Assembly: GCA_028279595.1 (NCBI GenBank)
Contig: JANQNK010000007.1
Location: forward strand, 1-64,000
Length of the DNA stretch: 64,000 nucleotides
Direction: 5' to 3'
Source of the DNA: Thermoplasmatota archaeon
GTDB taxonomy: Archaea; Thermoplasmatota; JAKEGO01
This document shows positions 57,373 through 64,000 of the stretch, piece by piece (within the stretch, counting starts at the first letter, position 1; the number at the start of each line of letters is the position of its first letter). The notes beneath the pieces are model-generated. The model had not been told where the DNA came from, made no database searches, and saw nothing but the letters and a program-made list of their open reading frames with translations. Both the position numbers and the translations under genes were made by a program.

Positions 57373-57831
57373 TCAGAGATGGGTCTTCGAGAACGTGTCC
57401 GTCCAACGCTGGTTCATGTAACCGCCGTTGACGTGCCTTATCTCCTCAGAGAAGACCGTGCCCTTGCTCTCGAAGGAGAGGTTGACGAAGATTTCATAGG
57501 TCTCCCACTGGTCACCGAAGAAGTAGGTGGCGATCTGTTTCGAACCGCCGGGACGGATGTCACTGATGTTCCCGGTCTCGTCGATGAAGGACCGGGTATC
57601 GTTCCGGACCTCGATCTCCCAGATGATCTTCTCGATGTTCTCGGTGCCTGTGTTCTCGAGCTTGACGTTGATGTTGATGACGTTGAGGCTTCCCTCTCGA
57701 TAGACCGTTGTGACCTGGAGCTCCGTACGTGGAATGACGTAGAACCAGAGCGCGGCCACGACGACGAGTACTGCGACGGCGACGGCGGCGATGATCATGA
57801 GGTTCCTGCGGTCGAACTCCATTCCTGTCAT
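57373..57831 (-). CDS. Hypothetical membrane-anchored Ig-like protein
   Basis: N-terminal TM, N.GT motif; ATGA-coupled to the upstream giant gene. Confidence 0.8.
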   Translation of the reverse strand: MTGMEFDRRNLMIIAAVAVAVLVVVAALWFYVIPRTELQVTTVYREGSLNVININVKLENTGTENIEKIIWEIEVRNDTRSFIDETGNISDIRPGGSKQIATYFFGDQWETYEIFVNLSFESKGTVFSEEIRHVNGGYMNQRWTDTFSKTHL

Positions 57832-60800
57832 CCCCCCAGCAGGGTCAGGAGCAGGGTCGATACCGGGTCAGGCATCACGGTGTGCTCCCTTCCGCCCTCG
57901 AGCTCGATCTCGTTCACACCCGCAGTCGGCGCTCCCGCCGGCAGGAACCCGTTCGTCGAGAAGTCGACGAGGACCACGTTCCCCTTCCTCTTCCCCAGGA
58001 TGTCGATCTCGTGGTCGAGGGTGATCCTGATGTCCCCGCAATCGGTCGCGTCGACGCTCACTATCGGGAGGGTTCCGAAGGTCATCCTTATGCTGACCTC
58101 GAGCTTCTCGATGTCCTTCGCCCGGACCTCGAGGGATCTCAGCTCGTACTGCTCCATCAGTGGCATGTTGGAGTAGCGCATCATCAGATACTCGATGTCC
58201 CCGGAGGCATGGAGAGTGTCGCCGGACATCCACAGCTTTGTCCTCCTGCCAATGTTCCTTGCATAGATCTCGAGGTCACCGGCCTGGCCCAGACCCCTGC
58301 CGTCGAATGATATCAGGGCCGAGGTCCCGCCTGAGCTGGCTGTGATCTCGACGGTCGGGAGGCCCTGGAGAGGGTTGGGATCGTCCATGTCGTACTCGGG
58401 GTTCGCCCAGGTGTCGATGGACAGGACGCTCGGTACGTCTGTGGCGACGACGTGGGTGTGCCACCACCTGTCGTCAAGGTACTTCCCGACGTCCAGCATG
58501 AGCTTCTCGACTCCGCCCGCACCGTTGAACTCAAGGTGCGTCTCGTGATCCACATCGAAGGTGATGTTTCCCGTGCGGGGGGGGGAGTCAGCGTACAGCG
58601 TGAAGGAGGTCTGTGGCGATTTGCTGTCGGTGGTCGTGAGGTAGATCGCGTCGATGTCCTTGTTGGTGGTGAAGTCGACGTAGCCGTTCAACATCGGGAT
58701 GCCGTTCGGGGTCTCGTCCACGGTGATGTTCATGTCCAGGTCGACGTCCGTGTCCTCCTGCAGCCCCTTCATGTAGACGAAGAGGTCCCTGCCCTTGAGG
58801 CCCTCGACGTCGAGGAGTATCCAGTTGTACTTCGACGAGAAGTCCTGGACATGGAACTCGAAGTCCATCGTCCTCCCTTCCGTGTATGTCAGGAGGTCCA
58901 GGGTCTGGGGCATTCCGTTGATGTAGATGAGCGCGTGCATGACGGTATCGCCATCGATCTCGGCCTGCCTGGCCGACACGCCGTGGGTCCATTCCACCGG
59001 CCCGAGCTGCGAGATGTCTCCCACCTGGATCTCGGCCACGATATTGAGGTTGTACGTTGACGCGTAGTCGAACTTGTCGTTCGATCCGAGGTCCTTGAGG
59101 ATGTCCAGGCCGCCCTGGGTGACGTTGCTGAGCATGTTGGTGACCGAATCGCCCATCTCGGCCACTCCCACGAGGACGTTGCTCAGGTCGAAGACGGACG
59201 ATATGTTCCCGACGCTCGGCACGGAGATCGACTCTCCGCTGAGCTCGACGTTGAGCTTGAGGTCTATGGACTGCGGGATAGGGTTGACAGCGGCCTTGAT
59301 GTAGGTCTCCCTTATCGTATCGTTGACACCGACGTAGAGAGGATAGGAGTTGGACAGCTCGTAAGCGAACCTGGTCCCGTTCCTGGTGTTGTACGTGAAC
59401 CTCTCGACGGACTCGATCCTAGCCGATATCATCGTCGTGGTATCGTTGCGTTTCATCAGGATATACGATCCCGGCAGCCGGAACAGCCCGTTGTCGGATA
59501 TCACAAGCTCCAGAGCCCCCAGCGTGCCAGTGAAGTTCAGGTCCATCAGGCCCTCGTGGTTGTAGAGCTCGAGCCTGTTCGGGAAGTCGTCCATCTCGAG
59601 GAGCATGTAGGTCCCGTTGATGGTTCCGGAGAAGGCGATGTCCCCGAGGGTGCTGTCGAAGCAATCGATGAGGAGTGTCCTGTCGGTGACGTTGATGAAG
59701 AGGTTGCTGGGAAGGGAATCGATCTTCAGTGTGGCGTCCTCGCTGTGGAAGCCTGGGACGCCCTCCCAAACCGCCTCCTGGTCGACGTATATGAAGTAGA
59801 ACGCCCGGGTCTTCTCGAGCTGAGGGTCGAAGTGGAGGTCGATGGACGTGAAGTCCGAGAAGTAGATGTTCATGTCACCTATCCCCTCGACACGGCCCGA
59901 TATGGGGGTCTCGATGAGCTCGCCCTCGGCCCTGTAGAAGGCCACGAAGTTGCGTTTCTCGCCGTCCTTCTCCGGCGATAGGTAGACGTAGCTGTCGGAG
60001 GTGTACCAGAACTCGACGCCGCCGAGGTAGGAACCCATCATGTTGAGCTCGAACCAGCCCGAATCGGCGGGCATGTTGAACATCCTGTCAGACATCGATC
60101 TGAGGGTCTCGCCAACGCCCCAGAATCCCTTGTAGAAGTACGATATCACCGCATTGAAAAGGTACGTAAGGAGGTTCCCTCCTCCGATGACGGGGTCCGG
60201 TCCCGAACCGGAATCGAAGGTTCCCTTCAGAACCAACCGTCTCGGGATGTCCCACATGTCTATGTGCATGATACGGTACTCATTGCCCGGCCTCGGATCC
60301 CGGGGATAGTCCCAGGGATCGGTGTGATAGAGATGCTCGGTGTAGTTGAACCGCTTCACAACGGACGAGCCGTCCAGGGACAGTCTGCTGGTGAGGACCT
60401 CGCTGTCGTTCTGGGTGGTGTTCCTCAGGTGTAGGGATATCCTGAAGGGCATCTCCTCGATGTCGAGGTTCACCCAGAGGCTCTCGTTGTACCTGGCATC
60501 CCTGTATATCACCGTCACGTTCGAAGGCCTGCCTACGTCGGTCTCGTCGTTGTCCGGATAGTACCATCTGATCTCGTCGAAGGCGGCGTTCTCGGAACGG
60601 GTGTCCAGCGTGAGGTTGCCAAGACCTGGCAGCAGGTCGTCGTCGGGACCGTTCCCGTTGACGTCGACGGGATCGCAGTCGGCCTTTATCCACGAGATCT
60701 CCCGCCAGACGGGATCGCCCACCTCGTTCTCAGTGACGTTGCCGATGCCTGCCATCATGTTGAGGTTCGGCAGGTCCTCGACGGGATATCTACCACCCTC

Positions 60801-61823
60801 CGGGGTCGGTATGCCCAGTGCTCCGAGGATAAGGGTCATGAAAGGTTCCAGAGCATTATCGTAAAGGAAGGATGCATAGACGGTCGAGGGGCCCCACTCG
60901 ATCACGTAGGGACCGTCCACGGCTTCCAGCAGGGTGTCGTCCAGATCGGTTATATCGCCGTTCAGGAAGTTGCCGATCACCTCGAGGGTAGCGCCGGATA
61001 TGAAGAAGTTCATGAGCAGTGAAAGGGAATAGTGCTCGGGTATCTTCTCCTCGAACCTGTACTGGAGCAGGACGAGGTAGTTCTTGCCGTCGAAGCTCAC
61101 GGACTTGGCGACGCCGATGTCCAGGGGAACAGCGTCATTCACACCCGGTGTGGGGTTCAGGTTCTCCACCTGAAGGCCGAGACCGCCGTACATGCTCAGA
61201 TTGACAAGAGCATCGAGGTTCGGCGGTATCGTTATCTGACCAGGGAGGAGTTCGATGTTCACCTGACGAGCCTCGAACTTGAATCTTACCTGGATGTCGT
61301 TGCCGCCCTCGCCCGTTGCAGGGTCGTTGTCGACGTCCAGTTCCGTCCAGTCGAGCTCGGTCGGCTCGAAGATGTTAGCGTTGATGGCCGATCCCTCGAC
61401 CCACTCGTGCGGGTCGTCGTCGTATTTGTAATAGATGTAGTATTCGAGCGGGTTCTCGAGGAGGAAGTCCCAGATCGATGAGTAGCCGGCAAGGGGTTGA
61501 GTAAGTACAGTGTCGACCATGTTGTCCGATGGCGGCTGAATGAACTCGGTCTCGGTGATGTCGCCGCTGCCTTCGGTGCTGTTGACGAGATATCTCCTGT
61601 CGTACTCCGTCTCGTACACCTGGGCGAGGACGCCCTCGGTCTCCTGGACTATCTGCACGGAGGTTCGACGGTCCTCTATCTCGGCAAGTATGTCGGCGAC
61701 GTCGGCGTGTACCCCGAAATCGGATTCGTTGGGGAAGAACATGCTCTGGCCGACGGCCGGAGGGAGGACCACAGCCATTATCATGATGGCAACGGCGTAG
61801 TAAGAGAAGCGTCGCTGATTCAC
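57828..61823 (-). CDS. Large secreted beta-rich hypothetical protein (about 1330 aa)
   Basis: TTATAAA about 25 nt upstream of GTG 61823; signal peptide; recurring hydrophobic-x-x-hP...h.h strand motif. Confidence 0.82.
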   Translation of the reverse strand: MNQRRFSYYAVAIMIMAVVLPPAVGQSMFFPNESDFGVHADVADILAEIEDRRTSVQIVQETEGVLAQVYETEYDRRYLVNSTEGSGDITETEFIQPPSDNMVDTVLTQPLAGYSSIWDFLLENPLEYYIYYKYDDDPHEWVEGSAINANIFEPTELDWTELDVDNDPATGEGGNDIQVRFKFEARQVNIELLPGQITIPPNLDALVNLSMYGGLGLQVENLNPTPGVNDAVPLDIGVAKSVSFDGKNYLVLLQYRFEEKIPEHYSLSLLMNFFISGATLEVIGNFLNGDITDLDDTLLEAVDGPYVIEWGPSTVYASFLYDNALEPFMTLILGALGIPTPEGGRYPVEDLPNLNMMAGIGNVTENEVGDPVWREISWIKADCDPVDVNGNGPDDDLLPGLGNLTLDTRSENAAFDEIRWYYPDNDETDVGRPSNVTVIYRDARYNESLWVNLDIEEMPFRISLHLRNTTQNDSEVLTSRLSLDGSSVVKRFNYTEHLYHTDPWDYPRDPRPGNEYRIMHIDMWDIPRRLVLKGTFDSGSGPDPVIGGGNLLTYLFNAVISYFYKGFWGVGETLRSMSDRMFNMPADSGWFELNMMGSYLGGVEFWYTSDSYVYLSPEKDGEKRNFVAFYRAEGELIETPISGRVEGIGDMNIYFSDFTSIDLHFDPQLEKTRAFYFIYVDQEAVWEGVPGFHSEDATLKIDSLPSNLFINVTDRTLLIDCFDSTLGDIAFSGTINGTYMLLEMDDFPNRLELYNHEGLMDLNFTGTLGALELVISDNGLFRLPGSYILMKRNDTTTMISARIESVERFTYNTRNGTRFAYELSNSYPLYVGVNDTIRETYIKAAVNPIPQSIDLKLNVELSGESISVPSVGNISSVFDLSNVLVGVAEMGDSVTNMLSNVTQGGLDILKDLGSNDKFDYASTYNLNIVAEIQVGDISQLGPVEWTHGVSARQAEIDGDTVMHALIYINGMPQTLDLLTYTEGRTMDFEFHVQDFSSKYNWILLDVEGLKGRDLFVYMKGLQEDTDVDLDMNITVDETPNGIPMLNGYVDFTTNKDIDAIYLTTTDSKSPQTSFTLYADSPPRTGNITFDVDHETHLEFNGAGGVEKLMLDVGKYLDDRWWHTHVVATDVPSVLSIDTWANPEYDMDDPNPLQGLPTVEITASSGGTSALISFDGRGLGQAGDLEIYARNIGRRTKLWMSGDTLHASGDIEYLMMRYSNMPLMEQYELRSLEVRAKDIEKLEVSIRMTFGTLPIVSVDATDCGDIRITLDHEIDILGKRKGNVVLVDFSTNGFLPAGAPTAGVNEIELEGGREHTVMPDPVSTLLLTLLGG

Positions 61824-61975
61824 GGCTTTATGAACGTATAATCGTTTATAACGATTGTTGTAAGCCCTTGCCTGATTCGACGCATGACGACGGGGTACTG
61901 GCCATTGCACCCGGAGCCCTTAACACCATGCGAACAGGAAAGATAAAATGGGTCTCGGACATACACTAACCGAGC

Positions 61976-62917
61976 ATGGGATCGCTGATCACTACCAGGG
62001 GACTCACGAAGAGGTACGGACAGGTACTGGCCCTTTCAGGTGTAGACCTGAAGGTACCGAAGGGCGCGACAGGTCTTCTAGGACCGAACGGGGCTGGAAA
62101 AAGCACACTCATACGTTCATTGATAGGCCTGGTCACCCCGGATTCCGGGAGAGGTAGGATCTTCGGCAAGGACATATCGTCGATGGGTCTGGACATACGA
62201 AGGAGGATCGGCTACATGCCCGAGCACGACTGCCTTGTCCAGGACATGTCGGCCGTCGAGATGGTAGCCTACGCAGGACTCCTCTCCGGGATGTCCCGCG
62301 GAGCTGCCGTCCAGAGGGCGCACGAGGTGCTCCACTTCGTCGGTATGGACGACGAGAGGTACAGGGACATAGAGACCTACTCGAGCGGGATGCGCCAGAA
62401 GGTCAATCTCGCCCAGGCGCTGGTCCACGATCCCGAACTTCTCTTCCTCGACGAGCCCACCAGCGGACTGGACCCGAAGGGCCGGGTCGAGATGCTCGAA
62501 CTCTTCAGGTTCCTTTCCCACGAACAGGGGAAGAGCCTTCTCCTCAGCACCCACATCCTGCCGGACGTCGAGTACGTCTGCGACAACCTCATCGTGCTCG
62601 CAGACGGCAAGGTCCTCCTCCAGGGGGACATCGAGGAGCAGCTCAGGGGTGAGACGGGCGTCGTCAACGTCAGGATCGAGGGCGACCGGGACGCTTTCAG
62701 AAGGGCCCTTGACGGACGGGGTTACACGGTCGAGGACGATGGCTACATCATAAGGGTGGTCAGGATGGGAGGGGAGACGGACCCGGAGGACATCTTCTCC
62801 GATGTGGTGCGCTCGGCCTCCGACACGGGCGTCCAGGTCAGATATGCGAGCAGGACGGCGAGGAACCTCGAGGACCTCTTCATGGAGCTGGTGGAGGAGA
62901 GGGGTGAGGTCGGATGA
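61976..62917 (+). CDS. ABC-2 type transporter ATP-binding protein
   Basis: GPNGAGKST, YSSGMRQK, LDEPTSGLDP, STH. Confidence 0.95.
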   Translation: MGSLITTRGLTKRYGQVLALSGVDLKVPKGATGLLGPNGAGKSTLIRSLIGLVTPDSGRGRIFGKDISSMGLDIRRRIGYMPEHDCLVQDMSAVEMVAYAGLLSGMSRGAAVQRAHEVLHFVGMDDERYRDIETYSSGMRQKVNLAQALVHDPELLFLDEPTSGLDPKGRVEMLELFRFLSHEQGKSLLLSTHILPDVEYVCDNLIVLADGKVLLQGDIEEQLRGETGVVNVRIEGDRDAFRRALDGRGYTVEDDGYIIRVVRMGGETDPEDIFSDVVRSASDTGVQVRYASRTARNLEDLFMELVEERGEVG

Positions 62918-64000
62918 CCCGGGCCCTGGATCCGCGAGGTGGGAAGGAATCGAGGATATACACCGACCGCTACACCCCGTGGAAGGGGGAGCTCGGAGAG
63001 AGACACTGGATAGTCCTTAGGGCCATCAATGACGGTTTCAGACACAATCTCAGGAACAAGTGGGTAAAAGCGATAATCGCCCTGGCATGGGTTTTCACGG
63101 TGGTCTTTCCGCTCCTCACGGCCTCCTTCGGGATGAACCAGCTGATCCAGGACGCCGACAGCGCGGCGAGGTACGAGAACTACGAGGAGTACCTGTCGGA
63201 GCTCGACGAATACGGGATCGGTTACAGGATGGTCAAGAACATAGAACCGGACTCGATGGCGACCTTCGATGTCTGGGTCTCCAATACCGGTGAGAGGCCG
63301 GATATCATCCACGTCTACATCGCGGACATCAGGGCGGACCAGCCAGGTTGGGGGGTATGGCTCAACCTACCCGGGAGCATGAACGCAACCGGGGAGCTCA
63401 ACTTCAGCCTTCCCGCTGGCGAGATGGCGAACTTCAACCTCTCGGTCGCCGCACCGCCCGGGCTCATCACCGGGTACGCTGACGTCATCATCGGAGCCGA
63501 GTCGGAGGGGGCTTCGAGCCTCGTTTCCCTGTTCGGTGGGGAGACCGGGGTGTCGAAGGGACTCGCCACGAGGACGATCGTAGGCCAGACCGAGGCGTCA
63601 CCCTACCATTTCACGATCACAGCGCTGCAGCCGGTCGGTTCGGTCAGGGCCGGCGACTCCATTACCATAGACCATGTCATCGAGAACACGGGTACCGAGG
63701 CGGATATATACAATGTCTTCACCACCGGTCTGCCCGACGGATGGAGGTCATCGGTCGACGGAACGGGAGACGGGGCGATCGATCTCGAGCCGGGGGAATC
63801 GTTGAACTTCTCGGTGACCTTCAGGGTGCCGGACGACTCGATCTCCACCAACTACGTCTCGGTCCTCGGGTTGTCTACCATGGACCCCTCGCTCACGAGC
63901 GGTTCGGTGATGATCATCAAGGTAACGGATATCCCGGACGTTGACCTGACCGCAGAGATCATAGCGGGCCCGAACACAGGCCTTGCGTCCAGCCTGTTCA
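62914..64000 (+). CDS. Probable ABC-2 permease with two inserted extracellular Ig-like (NEW3/COG1470-like) domains; partial
   Basis: Not in the ORF track. ATGA-coupled; MTRALD...RYTPWKGEL...TM...VSNTGERPD...IENTGTEAD.Y...LPDGW...LEPGES; open to the window end. Confidence 0.7.
   Translation, partial: MTRALDPRGGKESRIYTDRYTPWKGELGERHWIVLRAINDGFRHNLRNKWVKAIIALAWVFTVVFPLLTASFGMNQLIQDADSAARYENYEEYLSELDEYGIGYRMVKNIEPDSMATFDVWVSNTGERPDIIHVYIADIRADQPGWGVWLNLPGSMNATGELNFSLPAGEMANFNLSVAAPPGLITGYADVIIGAESEGASSLVSLFGGETGVSKGLATRTIVGQTEASPYHFTITALQPVGSVRAGDSITIDHVIENTGTEADIYNVFTTGLPDGWRSSVDGTGDGAIDLEPGESLNFSVTFRVPDDSISTNYVSVLGLSTMDPSLTSGSVMIIKVTDIPDVDLTAEIIAGPNTGLASSLF

Overview
Archaeal chromosomal segment of roughly 60% GC (estimated by eye), probably Thermoplasmatota-like. 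The taxon is inferred from membrane-type LonB, aIF1 placed between rpl29 and rnp1, and PKD/CARDB/TM/Zn-ribbon surface proteins. In order it holds: a coupled AMP-salvage operon (R15P isomerase, form III RuBisCO, AMP phosphorylase running off the left edge); housekeeping genes (EamA, PMM/PGM, SnoaL-like, Nre, CDIN1/C15orf41-like, ABCE1, PAN); the full S10-spc ribosomal protein cluster from rpl3 to secY; a cysteine desulfurase; a low-GC block with two giant beta-helix surface proteins; CitG-like, aRF1, a probable major cell-surface glycoprotein, DUF211, UppP, an SGNH hydrolase, two coiled-coil proteins, LonB, thioredoxin, HypB and ADP-forming acetate-CoA ligase; and a giant secreted protein divergent from an ABC system. 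No tRNA, rRNA, CRISPR array or transposase was seen. Best leads: (1) a dispersed, co-oriented intergenic hairpin family with covarying inner stems, plus a 33-bp-period array of its left arm next to the ribosomal operon promoter; (2) probable CUG start codons on aIF1 itself, on rnp1 and on PAN, which may be infC-like start-codon autoregulation; (3) 130-190 aa acidic disordered extensions on uS3, uS5 and uL5, with a eukaryote-like RGG box on uS5; (4) a cleanly circularly permuted SGNH hydrolase; (5) a structured rpl3 leader that buries the SD and AUG.
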